DNA of 63,580 nt, the filler included, from Pirum gemmata (lineage: Eukaryota), in assembly GCA_002812295.1 (NCBI GenBank). It is 14 parts of 14 records of this genome, joined end to end, with 100 filler letters (N's around TTAATTAATTAA, not from the genome) between each part and the next. Parts side by side here need not be neighbours in the genome. Positions count along the whole stretch, not along the records: positions 1 to 3,997 come from PDIN01001580.1; positions 4,098 to 8,136 come from PDIN01001581.1; positions 8,237 to 12,291 come from PDIN01001582.1; positions 12,392 to 16,445 come from PDIN01001583.1; 10 more parts are not named here. The stretch is one strand, 5' to 3'. This document shows positions 1 through 13,433 of this stretch, piece by piece. Within the stretch, counting starts at the first letter, position 1. Each line of letters starts with the position of its first letter. Under the pieces are notes generated by a model. That model saw nothing but the letters and a program-made list of their open reading frames with translations. It did no database searches and was not told the DNA's origin. A program made the translations under genes and the position numbers.

Positions 1-172
1 AGGGTTAGGGTTAGGGTTAGGGTTAGGGTTAGGCTTAAGACTAGCTAGGCTTACGGGGTGGTAGGCGTTATTGAGTAACGGAATAAGGTTAGGGTTAGGA
101 TTAGTGTTAGGATTAAGGTTAAGGTTAATGTTAGGATTAAGGTTAAGGTTAGGGTTAGGGTTAGGGTTGGGG
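1..172 (+). repeat. Degenerate (TTAGGG)n telomere-like tract, interstitial type
   Basis: Perfect TTAGGG units at 1-32, then TTAAGG/TTAGGA variants to about 172. G-strand at the left edge is the wrong orientation for a true left chromosome end. Confidence 0.85.
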
Positions 173-1146
173 TTATTATTACAAATAAAAGTGGTTATTG
201 GCGAAAATAACCACTTTTTTGCTATATTTATAAATAGTTATAATATTATATAAATACTTATAAAAATTAAATACATACTTTTGCATACTTATTGGCAAAA
301 TATAAATATCAATAATAGTTGTTTAGCTTGCAAAAAATGGGCTAAATTGCGTATTAGTGGATGGATGGCGTCTTGCATAAACCATAAAATAATCTCTATA
401 AAAAAAAAGACTCCTAAAACCCCCGTTAACAACCAATGCTTTTCTTGAATAACTCTTCTTAACGAATAATGTGCCTTTATTTTCAAACCCACATACAACA
501 ACCTATTCTTAAATGATCCTTTTTAACCAATAACATTCTTTTTTCTCTATTCCTAAATGATCTTTTTCAACTAATAACTTTGTGTTTTTTCTCTAGACCA
601 CAATCTAAACTCTCAAAAAAAAAGTGAACCAGTAAAAAACTGTAACATTCGATAAATAACCAATTAAAGGTATTGTGAAGGTGCGTAGAAATGAAAGTAA
701 AGGATGATTGTCCTAAGACATGTATCATATGAATACTCTATAACTCTCTATATAGTTCTATACTGTTCTATATTTTCCTGTCGTTATTTTCAATAGAGCA
801 GTAAGGATTGTATTTTTGGTTTGTGTAGAATGCTCCTTCCATCTAAATGTAATATTCCTAGCGGTTCTTTGATAATGTTACGAAAAAGTGCAAGGTTTCC
901 GTCATGTATAACATTATATAAACTATATAATATTATGCTATTATGTATTATATATTCATATAATATGTTATTATTAGTATAATATTTGATAACATTAATT
1001 ATAAACACCATTAAATTCTTATAGTAAAGCAATGCTCAAAATAGTTCTATACTGTTTTATATTATATCCTGTTATTTCTGGAAGTGCTATTTTCTGTATT
1101 GTATTATAATAATATTCTGTTATTTCTGAAAGTGCTATTTTCTGTA

Positions 1147-2090
1147 TTGTTCAATTTTGAAGTCATTATCAATAAATGGAACTAACCAATAATAAAAATA
1201 TATTGTTTTTATTAGCGAACGAAGGCTAATATGAAATAACTAATTTGGGTTTTATTTTACCAGCGGGCCTTCCTCCTCCTTCTGAGAACCTCTTCCCCTC
1301 CTCCAAAGAAATGATAAAAAATAATACTAATATTAATTTTAATATAACAGTAAAATATATTTTTAAAAGTTAAACTCTAACAATAAAATAATAAAACTAC
1401 TATATGTATTATTTTATGTATTATTTTCTGAATTATTTTCTGTATTATTTTTTGTATTATTTTCTGTATTATACATCCTGTTATTTCTGTAAGTGCTATT
1501 TTCTGTATTATTTTCTGCATCCATAATCTTATCTCAACTTAGTCTACATAATAAAATAGCTCGTAGTTAAAATCAAACATAATAATTATACAAGTTATAT
1601 AATATTATAATTATAAAAACTATATAATTATGATATATGTATATTATATGTTATTATAATAATATAATATTTGATAACATTAATTATAAGCACCATTAAA
1701 CTCTTATAATAAAGCAATAAACTTACGTATAGGTGACAATAATATGAGTTTAGAGTAGTAATATAAAGTAAAAAAAAGTATTTTTAAAAACTCTATAATC
1801 ATAATATTATATAACTAGACGTCTAATTGGTTATTAGAATCACATTTTGAATTTGATATCTTTTTTCCAAATATATTAGTTTTCTAAATTTACCCAAAAA
1901 TAGTATATATAATCCTAAATGTGTTCAATTTTGAAGTCATTATCAATAAATGGAACTAACCAATAATAAAAATATATTTTTTTTATTAGCGAACGAAGGC
2001 TAATATGAAATAACTAAATTTGGGTTTTATTTTACCAGCGGGCCTTCCTCCTCCTTCTGAGAACCTCTTCCTCCTCCTCCAAAAGAAAAG
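1147..2090 (+). repeat. Dispersed direct repeat of about 170 bp (1147-1315 and 1923-2090)
   Basis: Near-identical TGTTCAATTTTGAAGTCATTATC...GCGAACGAAGGCTAATATG...CAGCGGGCCTTCCTCCTCCTTCTGAGAACCTCTTC in both places. Confidence 0.9.
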
Positions 2091-2609
2091 GTATTAATAC
2101 CACCATAACTCTACATACCTTATACTAATTATAATCCTAGCCTTATGCCTAATTACAATAGTATTACAATCTTAGGCTATAACTCTATTCCTTTATATTC
2201 CCTTATTCAATAACTCTATTCCTTTTACCTTATGCAAACCCACAGATATAACACACACAAAGATGACAACCTAATCCTAAATGACTCTTTTTAACCAAGA
2301 GAGTGTTTTTTCTTTAGACCACAATCTAAACTTTCAAAAAAATGAAAAGCCAGTAAAAAGCTATAAAATTCCGTCAATAGCCACATAAGGTTAATTTCAA
2401 GGTACACACCCGTAAAGGATGTTTGTCCGACGAAATGTACTATTATGAGTTGTACGCCAACAGTATAACAATAAAACTGAAATAAACAGTACTAAACACT
2501 CAACGTTATATTATAAAATGCCACGAATAATTTTTAATTCCAAATATATTTTAATAAAAAAATGGTCACGAATAATTTCAATAATCGCATTTTTGTCAGC
2601 TTGATGTGA

Positions 2610-2667
2610 CCCTAACCCTAACCCTAACCCTAACCCTAACCCTAACCCTAACCATAACCCTAACCCT
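2610..2667 (-). repeat. (CCCTAA)n telomere-like tract
   Basis: About nine CCCTAA units, internal to the contig. Confidence 0.9.
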
Positions 2668-3063
2668 GTCATTATCACCAGTAAGTAAAGCTTATACAAT
2701 ATACACAATAAGACATAATATGTGCTGTGATATATAGTTCTCCAGCTATATATTAATAACTCACTCAAATGATAAAAAATAATATTAATTTTAATTTTAA
2801 TATAACAGTAAAATATATTTTTAAAAGTTAAACTCTAACAATAAAATAATAAAACTTAGTTTAGGCTGTTGGTATAACAGTGTACTACAGTGTATAACAG
2901 TAAAACTCTAACAATAAAACAATAAAACTTAGATTAGGCTGTTAATTAATGATACGAAACACGTATAAAAACCATACCCCTAACCCTAACACTGACCTTA
3001 ACCTTTAATTAATAATTATGTGAAACAAATACTTTCTTTTATTTTAACAATCATTAATTAAAA

Positions 3064-3861
3064 TTATTTCAATTCACTAAGTCCTAGACTTGCGATATTA
3101 TAATCATGTTGATCAACATTATTATTATTACTTAATACAATATTATTTATATCAGGATCACTCGATTTACTAATTTTAGAATCATGTTGAATGTAATTGA
3201 TAGTATTATTAGGAAAGGATAACGTAGGTGAAGATTGACTAGTTTTAGAAATGCTTGAGCGAGAATTTGTGCTATTTTTTCGACTTCGATTCTTACTAGT
3301 ACTATTTTTTCTTAATATTGGCGTGTCTCCATGAACTTGGCGATAATGTAATCTACATGCTTGTATTGTGGTATATACTTTATCACAACCAGGAAATCTG
3401 CATTGCTCTTTTCGGCGAGGGTTAATATTCATTTTAAATATCATAGAATTTTTTTTCTCATTCTCTTCTTTTTTATTAATATTATTGAATATTTTGGCGA
3501 AGGGAAGTTTGCTGTTGTTACTGTAATTATTGTAAATTGTGTTGTGGGTAATGTTATCGTTATTTAATTCGACAGGATTAATTTTGTTATTAATATTACT
3601 ATAGCCATTGAGGCTGTTGATGCTGTTAAGGTTGTCTTTTATGTTATTCGTAATATTAAAATTATAAGTGGTCTGGTTAATGTTAGTATTATTTATATTT
3701 AAGTCTTCATTATTGTTATTTGTATTGTTTGTGTTATGTATGTTAGTATTTGTAACTTCAACAGCGTTTTTGTTAGTAATACAATTAACAGAACAGTGAT
3801 CACTATATTCATCATTTAAGGAAATTGTATTTCCTATGAAAGTAAAGTTAGGGGAGGACAT
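3064..3861 (-). CDS. Asn-rich protein with a single C2H2 zinc finger (probable transcription factor), 265 aa
   Basis: ATG-to-TAA ORF with CRFPGCDKVYTTIQACRLHYRQVH (C-x4-C-x12-H-x4-H) flanked by basic NLS-like segments (PRRKEQ, RSRKNS). Confidence 0.8.
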   Translation of the reverse strand: MSSPNFTFIGNTISLNDEYSDHCSVNCITNKNAVEVTNTNIHNTNNTNNNNEDLNINNTNINQTTYNFNITNNIKDNLNSINSLNGYSNINNKINPVELNNDNITHNTIYNNYSNNSKLPFAKIFNNINKKEENEKKNSMIFKMNINPRRKEQCRFPGCDKVYTTIQACRLHYRQVHGDTPILRKNSTSKNRSRKNSTNSRSSISKTSQSSPTLSFPNNTINYIQHDSKISKSSDPDINNIVLSNNNNVDQHDYNIASLGLSELK

Positions 3862-3966
3862 TTTTAAATGTGTTTTAAAAAAAAAAATAATTTTGATTCT
3901 TTTTTTTAAAAAGAAAATTACATTATTTTTATTTTATTTTGTTGTTTTTGAGTGTTTTTGTATTTA

Positions 3967-3997
<31 letters not shown>

Positions 3998-4097
3998 NNN
4001 NNNNNNNNNNNNNNNNNNNNNNNNNNNNNNNNNNNNNNNNNTTAATTAATTAANNNNNNNNNNNNNNNNNNNNNNNNNNNNNNNNNNNNNNNNNNNN
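3998..4097. other. Artificial contig spacer (44 N + TTAATTAATTAA + 44 N), first of 13
   Basis: Identical 100-nt spacers with stops in all six frames start at 3998, 8137, 12292, 16446, 20599, 24501, 28611, 33870, 37984, 42079, 46197, 50446 and 54594. Confidence 0.98.
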
Positions 4098-4269
4098 AAA
4101 AAAAACAAAAAAATGTAAATGAAAAATACAAAAATGTAAAATTTAATGAAAAATACTAAAAAAAAATACAAAAAAAATGCTGAAAAGAAATGAAGGGAAT
4201 TAAATTTTGTTATTAAAAGAGTTTGTGACCTCATCGTTCGATTTTTTGTTATGCTACTTGGGGAATGGG

Positions 4270-4585
4270 TATTAGGGTTAGGGTTAGGGTAATAGGGTTA
4301 GGATTTTGGTAAGGCCTAGGCCAGGTTAGGGTTATAATTAGCATTAGGATTAGGGTTAGAGACTATTAGAGTTAGGGTTAGGGCTAGTTACTTGTTAGTG
4401 TTAAGTTTAGGGTTAGGGTTTAGGGTTTAGGGCCACGGTTAATTAGGGTTGGGGTTGGGGTTGGGGTCAGGGTTAAGATTAGGTTACGGTTAAGGTTATG
4501 CTGAAGTTTAGGGTTAATTAAGGTTAAAAGGTTAAGGTTAAGTGGTCATGCTAAGGTTAAGGTTAGGGTTAGGGTTAGGGTAGGA
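4270..4585 (+). repeat. Degenerate (TTAGGG)n interstitial tract
   Basis: Mixed TTAGGG/TTAAGG/TTGGGG units. Confidence 0.8.
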
Positions 4586-5609
4586 TTTTTTCTCTCTGTT
4601 CAATTGCAATGAAGAAAAAAAGGCAGGCTTGAAAATTTTACTATAATATAATGCAATACATTTTATTAATTTACAGTTTATTAAAAATGTTATTAAAAGT
4701 ATTATATATCATATATATTACTAATTGTAAAAATATAATATCATACAAATTCATGATGTTGTACAATATTAAAAAGACAATAATAATAATAAAATAACAT
4801 TTTAATTATATATAAATCATGACACTTAATAAAATGTTATACTTTTAAAAATAAAAACAACACAGTGTTATCATTACTACAATATTATTAAGGTTAAAAT
4901 CAATTTTAATTAATCTTTATGAATTAAAAATAAATGCAATTCTTACAAAACTAAACTTAATGCAATACAAAATGTTATGCACAATGTTATAAAATGATAT
5001 TTTAATAGTATAGTATATTAATTAATCATAGCTATTAATATTGATAATATATTTATGAATACTGATATACTAATACATAATATTGTTTAGCAATACTAGT
5101 ACTATAAAGCTTCTAAGAAACACATTATACATATATAATATAAATGCAATATTTTTTGCTTTACATAACATTGTATTAAAATATTATTATTATTATTGTT
5201 GTTGCTGTTGGTGTTGTTGTTGATGTCATGTGTATCAGTAGTAATATTGGTTACAGTATAGGTAGTAAGAAGCAGTATCACTGCTAGTAGTCAATAGTAT
5301 TAGTAGGATTAGGAGTAGCAGGAGAAGTAGCTATAATAGTGTTATGCATAGCAGCTGAATAGTAGCAGTAGTTGTGGTAGTAGTAGTATTAGTAGTAGTT
5401 AAAAAAGCAGCAGTATTACTAATAGCAGTTAGTCGTGGTCGTAATCGATGAAGTAGTAGTAGCAGTAGTAGTAGTAGTAATAATAATAATTAATAGTAGT
5501 AGTAGTAGTAGTAGTAGTATTACTTAGTAGCAGTAGTAGTAGTAGTAGTAGTATTAGTTTACAAGGATCATCATTTTGGGCTTCCCTCCAGTCCTACAGC
5601 TGCTAGCTC

Positions 5610-5674
<65 letters not shown>

Positions 5675-6184
5675 GAGGGGCCCTGTTCAGGAACTTCAGG
5701 ACCCCTCAGGTTTTTTTTTTGTGGATCCCAGATGATGGGCCAGATCCTATAAAATCACCAAAAACAGCCCATATATCGATAAGTAGTAAATATTTTACTG
5801 ACTGTCTACTGCACCTAATAGAAGTCTAATAGACCCCCGCTCTACTAGTCTCTGCTACTAGTTACAGTAATGGTTTTTTTTCCTCTTTTTTTCAGTTTTT
5901 TTCAGTCTTTTTTTTGTTTTGTTTTTTTCGGTTTTTTATCAAGGAGTTCTTGAAAGGAGTTTAAGAAAATTATTGAAGTACATACAAAAATAAGCCCCAC
6001 ATAAATAAATGTAATATCATAGACTACAATGTTATAAATTTAAAATGATAAGGGTTAAATGCAATTCAAAGGTTTTATTCTTATTATTTTTTTAAAATTA
6101 TTAATTAATTAATTAAAATCCAAAAAAACTTGTGTCAGATAAGTGATAACTGTCAGATTATATTTATCCCATAACTTTATATTT

Positions 6185-6714
6185 AAAAGTGACTGATCCA
6201 ACATTTCAGAAGGGAATTGTTTCTTTTTGTTTTTAACTGAAAAGATTGAATACGCGCCTTCTTCAAAAAAAAAAACAGCACACTTGGGGAAACCAAACCA
6301 ACTATCAGTACACACTAGCACATAGTGTTACCCCAGTACCTTAATAAGGCTTTACTAATTATAAAGTTTCGTTTTCAACCAGCTCCATGTTAATTGCAAT
6401 CATAGAATAACCACAATATAGATCTTTAAAATTAGAGCACCTATATAATTATATCACTCTGTTTTGCTTTCATTTTCTTTTTTGAATAAAGATTTTTAGA
6501 GTGTCCTTTTTAATAACACTTTCATCAGCAACTATATGACTACCAGGAGCTATAGAAGTGGTGCACTAAAACAGTCTAAAACCAACTCTGTCAAAAACTC
6601 TTTGAATGGAATCGTAGGTTCTTGATTAGCGCTTGCTAGCATCATCTTCACCATACCCATCTAACCTTAGGAGTTCCTTAGGTAACACAATATATCCTCA
6701 AACCTATTCCTAAA
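6185..6714 (-). pseudogene. Decayed piggyBac-like (DDE_Tnp_1_7/PGBD-type) transposase
   Basis: Minus-strand fragments in the expected order: FRNRFEDILCYLR; IAPGSHIVADESVIK (first catalytic D); NFKDLYCGYSMIAINMELVE; LVKPY*GTG; LVCTDSWFGFPKCAVFFFEEGAYSIFSVKNKKKQFP (second D). Contains stops and frameshifts. Confidence 0.8.
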
Positions 6715-6759
6715 AATATTTTCAAGTGACTGCGGAAGTAATAAAATATTATATATAAT

Positions 6760-7800
6760 GTACATTATATTATATACTTGAAGGCCTTTATATAATTCAA
6801 TGAAAATTCTATTGTATAATATACTTACTATTAATAATCAAAAGAATACTAGAATTAATCATATAATTAACATAATATTAATATATAAATTATAATATAA
6901 TATCAATATTATTAATATTATAACATACTAATAAATGTATATTTTAAAATATTATTATTATTTTAAAATCTAAAAAAACTTGTGTCAGTTTATATATTTA
7001 TCTCATTATAGCTATTAATTAACATTAAATTATATGCATGCATAATATTGATATTATACTAATACAATGTCATGATATTATTTAACAATATAATAAAATA
7101 ACGTTTATAATATTAATAATTATAAGAAACAAGTTTTATATATTATATATAATGCATATGTATATTATTTATACTCGAAGGCCTTAAATTATTTATATAA
7201 TTCAATGCAAATTCTATTGTATAATATATATATACTAATTACTAATAAAAAGAATACTAGAATTAATCATATATATATAACATACTATATAATATAATTA
7301 TTATAATATAAATATTATAACATAATGTTAATACTAATAAATGTATATTCTTATTATTTTTTTAAAATCTAAAAAAACTTGTCTCAGATTATATTTATTT
7401 ATCCCATAGTTATTAATTAATATTAGATTATAATAATATGAATATTGATATTATACAAATATTAATACAATGTCATGGTATTATTCCATTACAATAGAAT
7501 ATATACAATAACGCTTATAATAAGAAGCAAGTTAAATATAACGTATATATATTATATATATTTGTTGTGATAGAAAAAATGCCGGAAGGCGTGGTTGTCC
7601 TGGTTTTGATATATGTACTTCAAATAACAAAGCTTTTTATAAAGATAATAATATATTATAATTCATGATCAATGAAATTCTATTAATTATATTTTTATTG
7701 TATAATATATACTTACTAATACAAAGAATACTAGAATCAACCATATATTAATATTATGTATATAACGTTGAAACATATTATATATTATAATATTAATATT
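6760..7800 (+). repeat. Degenerate AT-rich tandem repeat, period about 400-500 bp
   Basis: CAATG(A/C)AAATTCTATT...GTATAATATA..AAAGAATACTAGAAT recurs near 6800, 7205 and 7670; TTAAAATCTAAAAAAACTTGT recurs near 6115, 6963 and 7362. Confidence 0.75.
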
Positions 7801-7820
7801 ATAAAACATAATAATATCGA

Positions 7821-8042
7821 TATCGACTATTTCATTACAGTAACTGTTGTCACCTCAATCTTTAAATTTGGTACTGTTTTTAAGTGTATATAATTGAACT
7901 TGTTTATAAAATACACCATTAATTAAATATATAAAATAAATTAATTAAAACATGTCTGATAGTTTAGCCATAATAATAATTTTGGTATTATATGTTTAAA
8001 TTTCGGTTTTTGAACTAGACAACACTATTGAAAAACACGATA
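7821..8042 (+). mobile_element. MITE family B, full length
   Basis: TATCGACTATTTCA ... TGAAAAACACGATA imperfect TIRs; body matches the copies at 11252, 25018 and 38403. Confidence 0.8.
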
Positions 8043-8262
8043 TCGTTATTATAATATATACCAGTAAAAAATCTGAAGATGGAAAAATCTGAACATGGAA
8101 TTGAATCTAGAAGGGTATTTTTATCAAATAAGACATNNNNNNNNNNNNNNNNNNNNNNNNNNNNNNNNNNNNNNNNNNNNTTAATTAATTAANNNNNNNN
8201 NNNNNNNNNNNNNNNNNNNNNNNNNNNNNNNNNNNNAAAAAAAAAAAAACAAAAAAAAAAAA

Positions 8263-8626
8263 ATAGATCTGGATTCCTGGGAGAGAAGAAAGGTGCAACT
8301 GCGCAGATTGTAAACTTTTTTAACATAATCGAATCAAACAGCTTGATCCGAATTATTAAATAGTCACAATTTTGAAATGGTATTCCTTTTTTTTTTCGAG
8401 TTTCAAGTTTTTTCTATGAAATTTCTAAGAATTTCCAAGAATTTTTTAATAAAATCAAAAGTGAGTCAATAAATAAAATTAGATCGAAAAGTTTTGAAAG
8501 TTTCGAACTAGTCTCGATTTGATGGTTTTTTTTTACTTGCTAAACTCTAAACTTGGTAACCTTAAGCCTGTCGAGCCCGAAAACTCGAATTTCTCCTATC
8601 GAAAAAAAAAAGCCAAAATCCAGCCC
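8263..8626 (+). mobile_element. Dispersed repeat family G (possibly a hAT-type MITE)
   Basis: 8280-8525 matches the reverse complement of 45845-46145. Right end reads AAAATCCAGCCCTG (CAGGG terminus on the minus strand). Confidence 0.55.
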
Positions 8627-9132
8627 TGTTCGAAAATTATCTTTTCCATTTTTTCGGATGTATAAATAATTAAATATACTCGAATACTTAACTGTTAGCT
8701 TAAAATTTTCGAACTTATTTATTTAATGCATAGGCTCGAAAACTTGATTTTTTTTTTAAAAAAACAAAGCAGAATATCTGAATTAGAATCTCAAAATCCT
8801 CACCTCTTAATTAACCAATGAAAAACTCTTAATGATTCAAAGATTATCCAACTTTTGGGTAACTTTTGTGTTCTAAGCACCAATAACAAAACTCTGACAA
8901 AAACCTAAAGACTCCTAAAGCTCAAAACAAACAAACTATAATAATATTATGACTTTATGATAACTACTAGCTAAATAGAGTCACCTCAGTATGAATAGCA
9001 AAGTTCATTCAAAAGTTCTCAAGCAAAAGTTCCTCAGGCAAAAGTTCTTTCTATCTAGTAGCAGTTAGCTAGTCTATAGATGTAGACTCTAGCTAGGACT
9101 ACTGTATCTATATACATAGATGTGATATAGTT

Positions 9133-9323
9133 ACGTGCTTTTCCATCAGTTGTTTTGTGATCATAAAATATACAATAAAGAGTACCAAATTAATACAATA
9201 TAAATCCATTTCATTTAATTTGGTATATTTTATTATCCATTTATTCATTTAAAACATGTCAATTAAAACATTATAACCTACCAAATAAATATTTGGAGTG
9301 GCAAAATGAATGAAAAGCGCTAG
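9133..9323 (-). mobile_element. MITE family A
   Basis: CGTGCTTTTC...TGAAAAGCGCTAG ends; body is the reverse complement of 11451-11639. Confidence 0.8.
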
Positions 9324-10445
9324 ACGATATAAAATAAAATATCCTTATCACAACTACCACCACCTACCACTGAGCCACCTATCGATATCATAGCTAAACC
9401 TACCACCACCACCACCACCACCACTACCACTACTAGCTAGTACTAGACTATTAATAGTATCATATTCTGCTACTATCACTAGCTAGCTACTAGTAGCTAG
9501 CTAGGATTGAGAAGACAACTGTAATGAAATTATTATTCGACGATATCGATACAATTCTAGAAAATACAAACAAATTTTTTTTTTTTTTTTTTTTTTTGTT
9601 TAAATTTTGAAACAGTGATGACTACTGATGATCTGCTTCTTTCTGACTCTGTGGTACTAGTCTATTGTTGATCGATCAATGTATTTATAAATATATACAG
9701 TTAGATAATTTTTTGAGTATTTTTTTATCATAATAATTGTATTTCTAATTTTTGTAAAAAATAAAAATTCAGAGTAAAAATAAGTAGTAGTACCAGCTGA
9801 CACATAGTTAAAGCTTTGTGTGTATAATGCAAGTAAGTTTGTTGTTGTGGATGTGCTTTGCTTGCTGTTGACTGCTTACTGTTTGTTATTTTCTGTTTAT
9901 TGTTTATTGTTAATGTTGGTTGTTGGTTGTTGATTGTTGATTGTTGGTTGTTGGTTGTTGGTTGTTGGTTGTTGGTTGTTGGTTGATCATTGTTGGTTGT
10001 TGAGGGATGCGTGTTGATGGTTGCTGGTTGTTCATGTTGGTTGTTGGTTGTTCATGTTGGTTGTTGGTTGTTAGTTTTTGTTAATTGTTGGTTGTTGGTT
10101 GTTGGTTGTTCTTTTTTTGTATTCTGATTATTTATCAACATTATCATACTAGCTACAGAGTAGTAGTATTAGTATTTATCTTACCCCTGCAGCTAGTATT
10201 AAAAATCATAGTATTAGTATTAGTATTAGTATTATTATATATATATATATATGTAATAATATATTGTATTATATATAATACTATTAAATAATATGATATA
10301 ATGTATAATTCAGTAAATATTTTGCCACGTGGAGACGGGATACTTGGTTTCCACCCTTTTTGGCTATTGCCTTTTTGGCCTAACGCAGATCTTGCGCACT
10401 TTTCAAATTCGAATATTTTTTTTTAAAAAAAAAAAAAAAACATTT

Positions 10446-10670
10446 TTAACAGCCAAGCCAGATAAAACTGTAGAAATCTTTTTTATTATTAGACTTCTTT
10501 TCTAAAAACTTTTTTAATGCTAAATGTCATTGCCAGCTAACCAAATTATTTTTAATACCTAGCCATTGGTTCAAAATAAAGTTTTTTTAGTTAGAAAATT
10601 TCTCAATATTTGGTAGTACTTTTATTAAAATTGGATCATTTTGAGATTTTTTTGGATTTTTGAGCTCATA
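10446..10670 (+). mobile_element. MITE family C (TTAA-flanked), right end lost
   Basis: Starts TTAA-CAGCCAAGCCAGATAAAACTGTAG; body matches 32710-32966. Confidence 0.8.
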
Positions 10671-10928
10671 ATATTATATTATGGTGGATTTTTTCATCAC
10701 CCTTTTTATTCGGCAAAAAACACAAAATAATAAATCGAAGGTAATTATTTATATTCAGGAAAAAAATATATGCATTTTCCGCTCATACAATCGTATTTTC
10801 CACTCAAAACTAATAAAAAAGAAAATATCTGAGCCTAAGCGAGAAGATGCCAAGAACCCCAGAAAGGAACAGCTCTTGAAAGAACCTGTGTGGACAGTGG
10901 AGCAGCTGGTGTGTAGAGAGTGTGGAGT

Positions 10929-11098
10929 GGTTAGGGTTAGGGTTAGGGTTAAGTTTAAGGTTAGGGTTAAGTTTAGGGTTAGGGTTAAGGTTATTAAGGT
11001 TAAAGTTAGGGTTAGAGTTAAGGTTAAGCTTTTAGGGTTTAGGAGTGTTTAGGGTTAGGGTTAGGGTTGGGGTTGGGGTTAGGGTAAGTTAGGGTTAC
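10929..11098 (+). repeat. Degenerate (TTAGGG)n interstitial tract
   Basis: TTAGGG/TTAAGG/TTAAGT units; source of the VRVRV stretch in the spurious ORF 10681-11052. Confidence 0.85.
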
Positions 11099-11251
11099 AG
11101 TTTTTTCAGTAGAATACACTGGTAGTAGAAAGTCTTCCAACTTATAACACAAGACAAAAAAATAGACAAAAAAATTCTAATATAAAATATACGACAAAAA
11201 AAAGATCAAATTCTCCCAACTATGATAAAACTAAGACTGGTATATCATACG

Positions 11252-11447
11252 TATCGTCAGTTGTACTCTCAATCTTTAATTTGGTACTGTTTAAGTGTAT
11301 AATTGAACTTGTTTATAAAATACAACATTTAAGTATAAAATACCAAATTAATTAAAACATGCCTGGTAGTTTAATAATAAAAATAATTTGGTATGTTTAT
11401 TTCAGTTTTTGAACTGTGCAACACAATTCATATTGAAAAACACGATA
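11252..11447 (+). mobile_element. MITE family B
   Basis: TATCGTC...TGAAAAACACGATA; lies 3 bp upstream of a family A copy. Confidence 0.8.
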
Positions 11448-11450
11448 GTT

Positions 11451-11639
11451 TATAGTGCTTTTCATTTATTTTGTCACTCTGAATATTTATTTGGCTGGTT
11501 ATAATATTTAATTTGACATTATTAAATGAATAAATATATAATAAAATATACCAAATTAAATGAAATGGATTTATATTGTATTAATTTGGTACTCTTTATT
11601 ATATATTTTATGATGACAAAACAACTGAAAAGCACGATA
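11451..11639 (+). mobile_element. MITE family A, full-length reference copy (about 190 bp)
   Basis: TATAGTGCTTTTCATTTATTTTGTCAC ... GATGACAAAACAACTGAAAAGCACGATA, imperfect TIR of about 26 bp. Confidence 0.85.
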
Positions 11640-11688
11640 TGTCTACATTTTTTAAAAGGAATAATATCACTTTGATTCTCTTTTTTTA

Positions 11689-11728
<40 letters not shown>

Positions 11729-12468
11729 TCTTCTTCTTCCTCCCTCCCTCCCTTTTATTAAAAAGGTTCACCATAGTCTACTGTTTGTTTTTTATTTTCA
11801 AAAAAATTCATTGTTTTATTTTTTTGGTTTTTTAGTTTTTTTTTCAGATGTTTTTTTTTTTGGTTTTTAAAAATTAATAAAGCTTGTTCATTGGTGGAAG
11901 TGTAACTAATATTACTTATTAGTTTGAGAGCCAAACAAGGCAGATGAGCAAATACAAAACTTGCTTGGTTTTTGTTTTTGTTTTTGTTTTTTGCTACTAG
12001 AGTAGCTACTAGCTAGTCTAGCCTACATCAGGAAGTTTTTGTTTTTGGGTTTGGTTTGGTTTAGTTTCTCTAAAGGGATCTCTAAATATTTATATATAAT
12101 TTATTTAAGAAAGTAGACGGAGGAATATTATGCAATACGTAACGATATTTTGATATTAAATTTTATAATTTTTTAAAAGTAATAAAGTTTTAAAAATAAT
12201 AATGATATTGATAACAATTATTATTATTGTTATTATTATTATCATTATTACTATTATTATTACTATTATTATAATAATAATTTTTTATTATNNNNNNNNN
12301 NNNNNNNNNNNNNNNNNNNNNNNNNNNNNNNNNNNTTAATTAATTAANNNNNNNNNNNNNNNNNNNNNNNNNNNNNNNNNNNNNNNNNNNNTTATTATTA
12401 TTAATTGTTATCAAAGTTTAATATTATCTGTAATAGAAAACTAGAATTGAAAATTGAATTTTGCTTAC

Positions 12469-13433
<965 letters not shown>

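Noticed and set aside
1..172. True chromosome telomere at the window start (and at 20598)
   Set aside because: Strand orientation is opposite to that of a real end, the units are degenerate, and similar tracts occur internally throughout the window.
10681..11052. 123-aa ORF ending in VRVRVK repeats
   Set aside because: The C-terminus is translated TTAGGG repeat and the start overlaps the end of a family C copy; no domain recognised.
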